IMG/VR virus record: IMGVR_UViG_3300028886_000055
Span: 75,731 to 139,730 of that record
Length of the DNA: 64,000 nt
Strand: one strand, 5' to 3'
DNA from: a virus
Lineage: Duplodnaviria > Caudoviricetes
The position numbers were made by a program, and so were the translations under genes. The notes beneath the pieces are model-generated. The model was not told where the DNA came from, made no database searches, and saw nothing but the letters and a program-made list of their open reading frames with translations. Within the stretch, counting starts at the first letter, position 1. Each line of letters opens with the position of its first letter. Positions 12,711 to 24,001 of this stretch are shown here, piece by piece.

Positions 12711-13330
12711 TGGTAGAATATCAAGTAGTAAGACCTTCATTTGAATTACAAATGCCTGATTTTAACATTGAACGTTTTTATAATTAGCCTAAATTAGATT
12801 ATACAGACGCATATAATCCTGACTTTGGAACTAAAATACAAAACGATAATATATATGATAGTTTATTAGGAGATATTAAAGAATCTGATCCTGTATAGCA
12901 AACTGTAAATGTAGATACTTCTAAAAAGTTAACAGATGCAATTCAAAAGCATTTAGGTGAATCTTATAGCCAAGCAAGAAGAGGACAATTTGGTTTCTCA
13001 GATTGTTCTAGTTTTGTTGGTAAAGTATTAAAAGATGCTGGTATAAATACATTTAATGGGTTACCTACTGCTAAAGCTATGTACGAAAGTGGTAAGTTAG
13101 AATCAGTAACAAAAGCACAGCCTGGGGATTTAATATTCTTTAGAGGGACAGATAACAGAGGTTCTAATTATATATCTCATATTGGTATAGTAGCAGAGGT
13201 TGATCCAAATGGCAATCCAACTAAAATGGCACATGCTTCAGCTAGATAGTACAAAAAAACAGTGATAGTAAATTATAATCCAAATTACTGGAATAAATAT
13301 AAACCAGAAATTAAAAGATTAAAAACTTAA
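12710..13330 (+). CDS. NlpC/P60 peptidoglycan hydrolase, 206 aa, code 15
   Basis: FSDCSSFV...QPGDLIFF...SHIGIV...MAHAS. Confidence 0.9.
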
Positions 13331-13342
13331 TTTATTTAAACT

Positions 13343-13385
13343 AAAAATCCCGAGCCTAGGATAAAACCTAAGTTCGGGATTTTTG
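13343..13385. terminator. Bidirectional intrinsic terminator between convergent genes
   Basis: AAAAATCCCGAGCCTAGG ataaaa CCTAAGTTCGGGATTTTT. Confidence 0.85.
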
Positions 13386-13461
13386 TTTTTAATGAACATA
13401 ATTAAACATCTTCTCCTAAGATAAATTCTCCACTTCCAGCATTGCCAACATTCTGCTCATG

Positions 13462-16010
13462 TCAATCAATGTCTGTGTCAACCAATGCCGTCCCATCAAG
13501 GTTAACCCACGCAGAGCCATTCCACAATATTTTCTTTCCTAGTGTTTCATCAAAGTACTCCATACCTGCATATTTGTTGCAATAAGGTCTGTTATCAGTA
13601 GTGCCATGATTCTTTTTTGGGAAATACTTCTTGATAGTGTCAGCATCGTTAACCCAACCATCATAACCGTATTTATACCATACAGGAGTGTCACCATCCA
13701 TCAATATCGCAACATGACCAATCTGTGCAGTGGTTGGCAAAGTTGCTAATACTAACTTTCCTCTAGTTGCTCCATTTTCACCATATCCACGATAATAATC
13801 ATAGGCATTGTTACCTGTATATACAAGATATATATTAAGGTCTAAAACATGAATTACCTTATTTTTACTCAAAAGTGAAGTAATTTTGAATATATCATCA
13901 TGATATACAACACCATCCACTACATTATTTGATTTCATTAAATATACATTCTCTCCATCTATATTTTCTAAATATATTCTGGAGCCTGTAGCTGAGCTAG
14001 CGTTTGTCGGGTTGGTATATAAAGTATAGCCTGCACTTAGTTTGTCAGGATAGTCATATAAATCAGCGGATGTAAAAGTGCCATATGCAGGACTCGTAAA
14101 TATCAATGGGTAATACTCATCACCAAAATCAAATTTAGTGTTGTTACCTAAATCTGTACGAGAGCCTTGAATAGTTGAATTTAGTCTTAATGGTGCTCTT
14201 AAAAACGCAAAACTTGGATCTTTATATAGTTTGTCGCCATTAATGTAGCAGTTGCGCCCATCATTAGCAATATTTGATTTCGTGCGAGTGTTTCTAATCA
14301 CCAAATTTTCAGGGAAATCTACCTCCGAATCTAATGATGGATAACTTAATGGATTGTCAGTATAAGCATAATCACCATCCACAAAAGTGTTATTCTTGAT
14401 AATTGTGTAACTTAATTCAGCAATTTGTAGGAAACACCACTTTTTTGAAGTTATATCCGTATCACCAGATGCATACAACCCCCAAGCATTATCGGTACTA
14501 TACCTGCAATGCCATATATGGTTGTTGACAAATGTTAGACTTTGTGGTCTAAAGTTAGATTTACCTCCAAAAGTGAAACAACAATCAAATATGTTCCCAT
14601 TAAAAACATTATTGCTAACAATATTTCCACCACTAGAGCCAGCTCTACGAATTATGTATTTCCAAAAGTCGATAAAGTTTCCTGACACAATTGTACTGCC
14701 AATAGCACCAGAGAATAATGATTTATCCTTAGTTATTGCACCACCTGCACTTGTACATACAGCATTTATATAGTTATCTCTGACAAATGAATCTACACTG
14801 CAATAAATATTGCCTGCATTTGCAGCCTCAGAGTCAAATTCATCTTCCTTGAAAGCGGAAATTAACGAATAACCTAGACTGACTATATGACATTTGCTGA
14901 TTTCAGTACAATCTTTAATAGCTCCTCTAATAAAAATGCCAGCACGATAAACTCTGATATTACTAATCTTTGTTGCATTAAATGTGACATTTTCAAAAAT
15001 TGTACCCATGTAATTAGTTGCATCACCTCCAGTCCTTTCACGAACAAATGCTATATCCCTAATATATCCATTTACAGTTGCCCCTTGAAAATCAAAGCAA
15101 ATAGGATAATTTCTGCCATCTTGCTTGTACATAGATATAATAGAATATCGCCCAGTTCCAATAATCTTGACAAATGTTGGAGTCCAAACTATGGGACTTT
15201 TGACAACCCAGTAACCCTTAGGAATATAAAGAGCCATCTTACTTGCTTCAACAAGTTTCAGTGCAGCAGAAGCATACAGTGCAAAATCTTGAGCAGCAGC
15301 ATAACTCTCATTAGTATTCTCAGCAGCAATTGCACCGAACCATCATGGGTCTACATCATCACACCTAAACGTGCCACTAAAATCAACATCCAACCCAAAG
15401 CGTATATCTCCGCTCAATGTTGTTGCAGCACCAACAAGTGTACCATTTTGAATTGACCCACCCTCAAATTTCAGTTTCACGCCGCTAGGAACAGTAATAC
15501 TAGCACCATTAAGGTCATAATCATATTGAACAACATAGATAGTGTTAGTATCTTGCAGCATCGCCTAAGTCAATACATTCTTATTATTTACTACGTTCTT
15601 CTGCAAGTACTTCCTGCCCAGCCCGCTGAAATTAGAAGGATTGTAAACTTTATTAGGTAATTCTTCTTCTAATATAATAAGGTTACCTCCTTCTAAAAAG
15701 CGATTGATTATTGATAGTCTTTAAATTATCAAAAAGCTAGATTCATTTCAGGATTTGTTACATAATCTGTATACTGGGTTTCATCTACATTTCCAAGATA
15801 TTCCCAATTGTTATTTTTCCAAGTATACTGTTCATAAGTACCAGGATTTACTGTACTAGGTACTAAATATAAATAGTTCTCCTAACCTTCAGTTGGAAGA
15901 GTATCTACTACAACTTTTTGGGATATACTATTTAGTATCTCTTGTATTTCCTCTTTAGTATAAAAACATTTCGGTCTATTTTTATACTCTTTTAATTCCT
16001 CTAAGGTCAT
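13462..16010 (-). pseudogene. Tail fibre/spike with beta-helix (pectin-lyase-like) domain, interrupted by two +1 frameshifts and one TGA
   Basis: VVDTLPTEGQENYLYLVP..WEYLG; KTINNQSL; LGRKYLQKN..VLTQAML..YDYDLNG; P*WFGA; C-terminal GTTDNRP...YFDETLGKKILWNGSAWVNLDG; lesions at about 15733, 15697 and 15343. Confidence 0.75.
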
Positions 16011-16450
16011 TCAAAGTCAAAAGCTATAGTTACTTTTCTATTATCTATTTCTTCATTTACAGAATCCCAAACAAGCTCTAAAGCGTTACTGTACATACTT
16101 GGTGCATCCTTTTGCATACTGTTTGCAATGAAGATTCTAATTGTACCGTCTGCAAACACTGTCAACATTCCGTTACCGCCAGAACTTGCTTTTAATTTTG
16201 TTAAATATTCCCAATTATAAGGGAAAAATTTGTTACCATCTTTATCAAAAAATTCTATTTCCAGAGAACGAGTAGATGTGGCACCAGCAGCAACAACAAA
16301 AGTGTTTTTGCCATCATTGATGTCTACTGTTTCTTCATTGTAAATAGTTGTGTTTTTGTAATTCTTGTAATGAATTTTATAAGTTGCACAAATAGATTTG
16401 AACTCAATCTTTTTTGTTTTAGTATTTATTAAATCGTATTCTAGTTTCAT
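16007..16450 (-). CDS. Hypothetical late protein (MKLEYDLIN...)
   Basis: ORF track; tight operon packing. Confidence 0.7.
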   Translation of the reverse strand: MKLEYDLINTKTKKIEFKSICATYKIHYKNYKNTTIYNEETVDINDGKNTFVVAAGATSTRSLEIEFFDKDGNKFFPYNWEYLTKLKASSGGNGMLTVFADGTIRIFIANSMQKDAPSMYSNALELVWDSVNEEIDNRKVTIAFDFE

Positions 16451-17190
16451 TGATGTATATAATTTGGAAGTTCTGGTTGTATTATCTAATATTCGTTTTC
16501 AGGATTAAACACCAAAGGTAAAAACGGAGAGTTTTTAGAATATCCTAAACTTGTAAGATCTTCTGATTCTATATTATTATTTGCATAATAAGGTATAAAC
16601 CAACAATATTCACCATCTTCTATACTACCATGTATCATTGGAAACATTTTGTTATAGATTAAACATTCTTTAATATGCTATTTAAAATAGTTAATAAATT
16701 CTTCCGATTCGTAACTATCAAAATCAGGCTATTGGTATTCAGTGTGTTCTGGAGTAAATAATATTCGATCATGCACAAATAAACGACTATCTCCTGTTTC
16801 ATTATCTGTTTCTACACCTGCTGTAAACTTTCCTATATACTCATCTCCAAAATCAAGATGTACTGTATAAGAATGTGCTTCCGAATTTAATTCAATTTTG
16901 TTAATAGGTACTATTAGTTGGAAACCAAACCCACCTCCACAAAAAACAAATCCAAACGGATAATCGTTTACATTATAAGATTTATTATACTCTGAGAAAA
17001 CACGTTCTATTGTATCACCACCTGTAGGCTACTCTTTAGCATAAGGATATGCCACAAAACTTCTAACTTTAGTTGGAGTTGCAACAGGACGACCTACTAA
17101 ATCTGAAAAGTAACCATCTAATATAGTAGCTGCTTCTTCCTTTTTATTAGAATTAGTAATTATGTTAATTAAATTATAATCAAGTTTCAT
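16447..17190 (-). CDS. Hypothetical code-15 late protein, 247 aa (MKLDYNLIN...)
   Basis: Open with TAG=Gln; ATGA overlap with the next gene. Confidence 0.7.
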
Positions 17191-17374
17191 TGTGTATTAT
17201 TTTCTAATTTTTAGATGTCATATCTTCTAAATGCTTTTTCTTAGGAGTTAATAAAATTCCATCTTCCTAGGCATCAGATTCGACTATACAGTCTATAATC
17301 TTTAACATTGTATCAAGTTGGTACCTCGGAAACTCCTGATGGAGATTCTTTAGTGTTGCTATTTTGTCTAACAT
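17180..17374 (-). CDS. Small code-15 protein, 64 aa
   Basis: MLDKIATLKNLHQEF...; two TAGs. Confidence 0.5.
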
Positions 17375-17528
17375 TTTCATTCAATTTATTTGTTAACTCT
17401 TTTATCTAAGAATTTAAGTTATCTATCTGCTATAAGGCATTATTATATTGATTTTGTAAATAATCAATTTTCTCCTACGCCTAATTCAAAGAAAGCTCTA
17501 GTTGACTTTCAATATCAGATAGAGCCAT
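17313..17528 (-). CDS. Small coiled-coil code-15 protein, 71 aa
   Basis: MALSDIESQLELSLNQAQEKIDYLQNQ...; four TAGs in a Gln-rich heptad pattern. Confidence 0.6.
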
Positions 17529-17678
17529 CCGCACTTTACGTAATTCTATTATCATAAGTTCATTTTCGCTTGAAATCCTTCTTGATATTCTAAAGGATCC
17601 TATATCGTAGTACAATAGACTGGCCCAGGTTTAATACTTTCGTAGGTATGTACTACGGATATTGTAGAAAGCTTTTCA

Positions 17679-17906
17679 TTAATTTGTTTCAATTGCTCCA
17701 ATATTTCTTGCAGTATATTCATTTTCATCCATCATTGTTATACAAGTATTTAAATCTTCATCTGCTATTTTTCTTTGTACTAATTCTAAAGTTTCATTAA
17801 TTCGAGTTTGAAATAACTCTAGAATCATTAACATATCTTCCCAAGTTAAATCAGAAATATCTGATAAAACATCATATTTCATACAAGTTATAAACTGATT
17901 TTTCAT
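17679..17906 (-). CDS. Hypothetical protein
   Basis: ORF track. Confidence 0.6.
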   Translation of the reverse strand: MKNQFITCMKYDVLSDISDLTWEDMLMILELFQTRINETLELVQRKIADEDLNTCITMMDENEYTARNIGAIETN

Positions 17907-18032
17907 CCTCTTACCGATATTTCATTAAGTGTATCAAGCCACGATAGGACTTCTTGTTCATCTTGTAATTCGTTTTCTTCAACTATATCCCATACTTTAT
18001 TTGCGAGATATATAACAGTATCCATCAAGATT

Positions 18033-18338
18033 TTAGTCTACTTGTTCATAACCATTCATTTTCAGATTATTATAGATTGATGTTATACTCCACCCAGTTT
18101 GTCTATTTATATAATGGTGAAGTACAACTTTATCTTCATCATAATTAACCTCAGAAGCTTTTCCATTCATTTCTTTACATAACTCTTGTAAAGTTGCATT
18201 AGGCATTTCTTTTATTATCTTGAAATCTCCAGAAGTTTTCTTTGCTTTCTTCTGGAGATTCATACAGTAATTAAATTTACCATTTAATTCATAAATCCCA
18301 GGACAAGCTGGAATATCATTAACATTATCCATAAACAT
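18033..18338 (-). CDS. Hypothetical protein
   Basis: ORF track. Confidence 0.65.
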   Translation of the reverse strand: MFMDNVNDIPACPGIYELNGKFNYCMNLQKKAKKTSGDFKIIKEMPNATLQELCKEMNGKASEVNYDEDKVVLHHYINRQTGWSITSIYNNLKMNGYEQVD

Positions 18339-18348
18339 ATAAAATTAG

Positions 18349-18422
18349 TCGGGGATCTCGGACTCGAACCGAGACCTTGGGTTTTAGAGACCCTTGCGCT
18401 AACCTAATTACGCTAATCCCCA
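18349..18422 (-). tRNA. Amber suppressor tRNA (anticodon CUA), Gln-like acceptor
   Basis: TGGGGAT...ATCCCCG-A acceptor; anticodon loop CT-CTA-AA; T loop GGTTCGAGTCC; 5' UGGGG resembles tRNA-Gln. Confidence 0.92.
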
Positions 18423-18455
18423 ATTTAAGCCTGTTATTTCAAGGCTTATTATCTA

Positions 18456-18785
18456 TTACTCACCAATTGTCATTCTTAACAATTTCATAAGTGATCTTTC
18501 ATCTAGCTCATTTAATACTTTCATTATTTCTTCAAGCTTCTCCATATCGGGACGCTGAGAAAGATAATCCTCCAATGTATGAATAGCTTCTTCAAGAAGT
18601 TCTCTATCTTCTAGAATGGCATCATTACTCATGGTTGAAATTTTTGCAAATACAGGATGTTCTTTATATAAATCAAGTATTTCATCATCTTCTACCAAGT
18701 CTAAAAGACCTGATGCGTACTCATACATTGCAACTGCAATGTTATGATTGTACTTTTTCTGTAGTTCTATTATTTCATTTCTCAT
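18456..18785 (-). CDS. Hypothetical protein (MRNEIIEL...), no TAG
   Basis: ORF track; start chosen just downstream of the promoter box. Confidence 0.65.
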   Translation of the reverse strand: MRNEIIELQKKYNHNIAVAMYEYASGLLDLVEDDEILDLYKEHPVFAKISTMSNDAILEDRELLEEAIHTLEDYLSQRPDMEKLEEIMKVLNELDERSLMKLLRMTIGE

Positions 18786-18789
18786 ATAA

Positions 18790-18797
18790 CAAATATA
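18790..18797 (-). promoter_or_regulatory. Bacteroidota-type -7 promoter box TATATTTG upstream of the suppressor-tRNA unit
   Basis: Matches the TAnnTTTG consensus. Confidence 0.55.
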
Positions 18798-18853
18798 ATA
18801 CATTTTTTGCAATAAAACAACAAATATTGCAAATTTAACGTTTGTTAACTGTA

Positions 18854-19432
18854 TTACAATAATTTGGTTTTAACGTGAAGCCAAGATAGATTCCATTCGG
18901 CAATTGAAGGAAATCCAGATGCATTAGACCAATCTAAAACCTCTTGTTGTCCTTTAAATAAACCATCTTTCACAGTATTGAAATCAGTTAAGGTATGAAA
19001 CTACGCATTTTCACTACTATCTGAATCTTCGGTAAGAGTACAACTATCATAAAAATAAATCTAATTTTCTGATGGAGTTAAATCCTTAATACCTTCAATA
19101 TAATTAGATTGTGAGCTATTCATTCTATATTCTCCCGTAGTAAAATCAAATTCAGGATAATTTGCAGAACTTGTAGAGGAATCTGAACTTGTGTGAGTAT
19201 TTATATAATTAGATAACGGTAATTCTAAAGTATATGTTTCATTGTCGTCATTTAAAGTACCATTTATCTTTATATCATATATCTTCATATCATGTTTGCT
19301 TGGATTTAATTCGTTAATAGTAACCCAAACGAATTTATCTTTTTTAGTATCAGATGTATAAAAATAAGTTAATGGGTAATCTGAATTTATAATGTCATAA
19401 GTTAATATTTTATTTTTATCGGCTAGTTTCAT
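18854..19432 (-). CDS. Hypothetical code-15 protein, 192 aa (MKLADKNKILTYDIIN...)
   Basis: Track ORF 19061..19432 extends through two TAGs. Confidence 0.7.
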
Positions 19433-19471
19433 AAAAATTTAATTATAAAGTTAATTGTTATTGAATCTTAT

Positions 19472-21650
19472 TTAATGATTTCCTTTGAACTAAAATTTTC
19501 TAGGAATTAATCTTCCACCTTTTCGATTAGATTGAATTAATCCGTAGCTCCCTATTATTGGAACTGATATACTTAATACTGAATTAATATATTTTTTAAC
19601 CGATTCTGGTGTATAATATCTTTCTAACTATTCCTAATTTAATGTTTTATAAGTTGGTTTTAAATTCTACATTAACTATGAAGTGTATCCTCTAGCGTAT
19701 AATTCCTGTTCATCTGTAGCATACTTAAAATGTCTATATTGTTCTAATAAATCATTAATTTCACTTGGAGAGTAATTATTCCATTTTAAATAATGTTTTA
19801 ATACGTTTTCAGAATCAAAATCACTAAATAATTTTCCTTTTTCATTTAGTTCTAATGTTGTATCAGCTATTGTTTTATTTTTTCTTGTAAACTATTTCAT
19901 TCTAGGAAACCATTTTCCAAATTTCGTTGATACAACATCGTTTGGATTCTATCTAATAGATAATGTTTTTCCATGTCCTCCAATTTCATGAATAATAGTT
20001 TCTAAAGCCTACTCCACATTTGCAATTCTATCTTTATTTAAGGATAGTTTTTGTCTTGCTTCAGCATTTGTTCCTTCACCAATAACTTTACCAGAACTAG
20101 ATCCTATATCTGTAAAACCGCTTTGTAAATCTCTAATATTAACATCAGCTTGAGTTCCTAAGATACGCATTAATTCATCCTAAAATTCATCATATTCTTT
20201 ATCTCCCCAATGCATTTCAGATTTAACTTGTTCAATTTTTTGAGGATTAGTAAAATAATCTTTTAAAACATCTATTTGAGAATCATAAGCCATTTGAGAT
20301 AATTCGTTATCTGTTCCAGGAAATGGAGTTGGAGTTATTTCTTTTCCAAACGAATCTTTTAAATAAGCTTCTCCCTATGAATGAGAATTAAGAGGTTTCT
20401 CACCTTTTATAAAACTATTTCCAGTAAACGTTTGTAAATTGCCATCTTTATCCGTATAGATTAATGTACCTGTAGTATTTCCACGTTGGAATCTAGGATC
20501 TCTAGATAAATGAGTTAATGCTGCTACTGTACCTCTAGTTGCAGGATAATCAGCACTAGATTCTGGGAATAATATTTCAGCACCTTCAGGAAGTTCATTA
20601 TATACTGATTCAAATAATGCAGTTTTTTCTTGAGGGTTTAGATTAGCTGGAATGTGATCACCATCCCAAGTTCGGATATGTAATTCATATTGCTTATTTC
20701 CATGAGGTACTAATACAATTTCTCTAGGTTTTTCTTGAGTATGTGAAGGTAAACGTAAACGTATTTTATCTCCTGATACTTTAGTTATTTGATATGGATT
20801 ATCAAATTTATGTAAAATGGATGGTGTATATAAAGACTGTTTGTCTACAGATTCATTTACAGCTTTAGCTAAATCTTTAGTAGTTGGATTAATTGGAATT
20901 CCTTTAAATGTATTATCTAAAGCTAGTTGATCTAAAGCTTCCTTAGTTAAAGTACGTCCTGCGTTTGCTACTTGTTTGCCAACAAGATCTCCAGTAACAT
21001 AAAAAGGTAAATCTCCAACCATCTAAATTCCAAAATCTCCCCATTGACTCTATGGAATACCTAAATAATGGGCAGCATTAACTGCATGTTCTCCTAGAGT
21101 TTTACCTGTTCCATACTTCATAGCTTGATTTAATGCTTCACCAAACGCAGTAGTTCCTATAATGTTACCACCTAACGTTCCTGGTGCTAAGAAAGGAGCT
21201 AACGTTGCTCCTCCGATACCCGCTAATGTTGCAGCTACAGGAGCGACAACAAACGTTCCAGCTCCAGGAGTTAATTGATTTGCTTTTCTATCAGCAGCTC
21301 GTAATCTCATCTATTGTCCTATTTTGTCATTAGCATCATATTGCTAAGTAAAATAGTTATTTAAATTTTTGGTAAATGGAGATAGGTTCTATTGATCATA
21401 AAAATAATCATAAGCGGTAGTTAAACCCTTATTTTTAAGAAAGTTATTAACGATATTAGATGGAAGTAAATACCCATCTTCTCCTGCTAAATAGTACTCT
21501 TCTCCCTATTTCTAAGCAGTACCTAATAGCCTATCGTCTGGTTTTATATCCGAGCGTGGTATATAATGCCAACCAGTTCCTTCAAAAATCTTTATCTGTA
21601 TATCTTTTATTTAAAGCTCCTGCTGGAGACTAATATTTTTTAATTCTCAT
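19472..21650 (-). CDS. KKYQ-family code-15 protein, about 725 aa, with a Gly/Ala hydrophobic segment and C-terminal zincin-like metallopeptidase; one +1 frameshift at 21584..21588
   Basis: MRIKKY[TAG]SPAG...; TIIHEIGGH...EQELYARG; C-terminal RKGGRLIPRKFQ; joins track ORFs 21050 and 20375. Confidence 0.75.
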
Positions 21651-21786
21651 ATTATTTTAAGCTTAAAATTTTTACATTTCCTATATTAATATATTATTAT
21701 ATAAATTTATATATATTATAGTATATAAACTACTGAATATAAAAGTATTGAAATATATAAAGCTGAGATATAGTTAAAGTCTAAAA

Positions 21787-21849
21787 AATACCCCCGTAGG
21801 TAAATATATAAAAATTGAAGTTCTGAAAATAGACCCCCCCGGGGGTATT
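21787..21849. repeat. GC-rich inverted repeat and palindrome at the strand switch
   Basis: AATACCCCCG (21787) / CGGGGGTATT (21840); CCCCCGGGGG palindrome at 21836..21845. Confidence 0.7.
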
Positions 21850-21985
21850 GATAGGAAAGCGATTTGCTAGATAATTGAAATTTTGGATATGTTGGGAGAG
21901 GGAGAGGAGTATCCCCTTTTACACCTCCTACCACTTTTTGATAGAAAGTAAATAATTTTATTAACAATTTTAAAATTTTACAACA

Positions 21986-22423
21986 ATGAAAAAATTTAGT
22001 GATTACAGTACCGAGCGTGCTAGCAACTTGTCTGGAACTTCTTATGTGGAAGTGAGCGACACAGTGACTATTGGTCAACTTGCTTTAGTGGGGACTACAA
22101 TCCTCAAAAGTGGGAAAATTGCAATGTACGCTCTCGTTGGCAAGGACTCTAGTGGCAATGATGCTGTCGCAAAACAGCAAAACTCGAAAGGGGATAACAT
22201 CAATCCCACGCCTCGAGCACTAGCAACCGTCAGTGAGAATGGCGACTTGTTGCGTGTGAGTTATCTTCGCTTGTTGGCAAACGCTGCAAAGGTTAAGATT
22301 ACTTTCAGCGCTGACAAGAAGTCGTACACGCTCGCCAAACCGATTGTTATCGACGAATTGCCCGTTTGGGATAGAGAAGCGGGCAAGTACACTGGCAAGT
22401 GTAACGCTACCGCTATCGACTAA
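21986..22423 (+). CDS. First plus-strand (early) gene, hypothetical, higher GC
   Basis: ORF track; followed by a terminator. Confidence 0.75.
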   Translation: MKKFSDYSTERASNLSGTSYVEVSDTVTIGQLALVGTTILKSGKIAMYALVGKDSSGNDAVAKQQNSKGDNINPTPRALATVSENGDLLRVSYLRLLANAAKVKITFSADKKSYTLAKPIVIDELPVWDREAGKYTGKCNATAID

Positions 22424-22454
22424 AAAAATTGGGGGTTTCCCCCAATTTTTTTTT
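22422..22454. terminator. Intrinsic terminator
   Basis: AAAAAAATTGGGGG ttt CCCCCAATTTTTTTTT. Confidence 0.85.
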
Positions 22455-22489
22455 GTTCGCTCGCTCGTTCTTAAATCGGTAAAAAGGTT

Positions 22490-22687
22490 ATGTCCAATAA
22501 TCTAATTACCGTAAAGATTACTCCTATCAGGAGTAACGTGTACAAAGTTGAGGGAATTGAGAATGAATTTTATGATATAAATTTGTTCTCAGACGGGATG
22601 ATCGGTAAGAAATTCTACGCTCTTATCCGTCCCAGATCTCCACTTGATGTTATCTATCGTCTTGTAAAATGTGAACAAGACAATTGA
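22490..22687 (+). CDS. Hypothetical early protein
   Basis: ORF track. Confidence 0.6.
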   Translation: MSNNLITVKITPIRSNVYKVEGIENEFYDINLFSDGMIGKKFYALIRPRSPLDVIYRLVKCEQDN

Positions 22688-23024
22688 ATAGCCCTGACAA
22701 CTAACCTACATTTTTCAAATTTTCGAGGGTTAGTTATGAATAAGAGAAAATTTTGTTTCCAAAGTCGGTACAGGGACTAAGGAGTAAAAACAGAAAGAAG
22801 TCCCAAGTGGATGAGCACTCTGTACGCTGTACGAACAATTAAAGATGTAGCACTGAAGTGAGTAAGTGTGATGAATTTGTATCGGTAAAACTATGGCAAC
22901 ATAGTAGATGTTATCCTTGCAGCAAGGACGTGATAAGGATAGAGAAGATCACTTATGCTCCAACTCTCTATCTACGTGATATGGAACATTGCTTCTACGA
23001 GAGCATCGTGTTAAGGAAGCTTTT

Positions 23025-23101
23025 GGTCCTATAGCTCAGTTGGTTAGAGCACCTGACTCATAATCAGGGAGTCCTTGGTTCAAGCCCAAGTAGGACCACC
23101 A
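23025..23101 (+). tRNA. tRNA with CAU anticodon, Ile2-like (or elongator Met), CCA encoded
   Basis: GGTCCTATAGCTCAGTTGGTTAGAGCACCTGACTCATAATCAGG...TAGGACCACCA. Confidence 0.9.
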
Positions 23102-24001
23102 CGTTATCTAATACAAGATGCTCGTAATACCATATTCCCAGGGGGAAGTGAGGTAACAAAGTTACGTGAGTATTTAGATAACTAACAGCGTATCTAGCGA
23201 GTGAGAAGGCTATGTATAGAGGCTTTTTGGTGATGCTAAACCATTTTTTTTACTAACTTTATAAGCCTGTAGGTGTATTGGTTAACCTTCATTTTATGTA
23301 TTTTTAATTAAAGGTTGGCCTCAACCTTGGCGGGAATTCAGATTCACTATATGGTGAATCTCCTTGCCTAAATTAAGTGGCATTTGTAAGATTGCAACAA
23401 CGGCATCGGTTGTTGGGAACTAAGCAAAGAGCGGATGTAGAATGTTAGTGGATAGACCTCACTAAAAGTGACTTAAACAACAATATCATTTGATATTGGA
23501 GGGAGAAAAGTATCTAGTTTTCCTGGGTTTCTAAATGGAAAGGATACTCCCTTGTTTAAGTTGCCGTACGCATTTGTCAGTAGCGTGTTTTTTGAATAAC
23601 TGTCATTTAAAAATTATGTGTATAGTAAGTCGAAACCCAGGTAGTAGAAGGTACTAAGAAGATTCCTAATCCTATTAACTTGATAGGTAGTTATGCTGTG
23701 TATGATCGCTCAATAACATCGGCGGTCTACTTTGAACTTTGAGTTTGTTGCAGCATCTCAGAGTTCAGCATAATTAGTCTGTGATCGCTGCAACGATTGT
23801 ATGACGAAGCGTTCCCACTAGGTGGAGAGAAGTCTCTGCGTCGCGACTAGTTGGGAAGTTGGACATGAGTGTTGGAGTCCAACAAGTGAATAAGACACTC
23901 CAAAGGGTGTTTGTAAAGAGACCTACAGTTCTGTGAAATACTAGTCAGAACATTTTTCTACATCTGAGCTTCCTTACATAGATGGAATACTGATGTAGAA
24001 A

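Noticed and set aside
2992-15456. Plus-strand track ORFs opposite late genes (2992, 3527, 5071, 6993, 14522, 14887)
   Set aside because: Antisense shadows of well-supported minus-strand genes
23101-23185. Theta ribozyme at a tRNA 3' end
   Set aside because: The trailer forms an irregular hairpin without HDV topology; none seen after the other tRNAs either
23950-24000. Hammerhead ribozyme near CTGATG
   Set aside because: No CUGANGA/GAAA core; the sequence forms a simple hairpin
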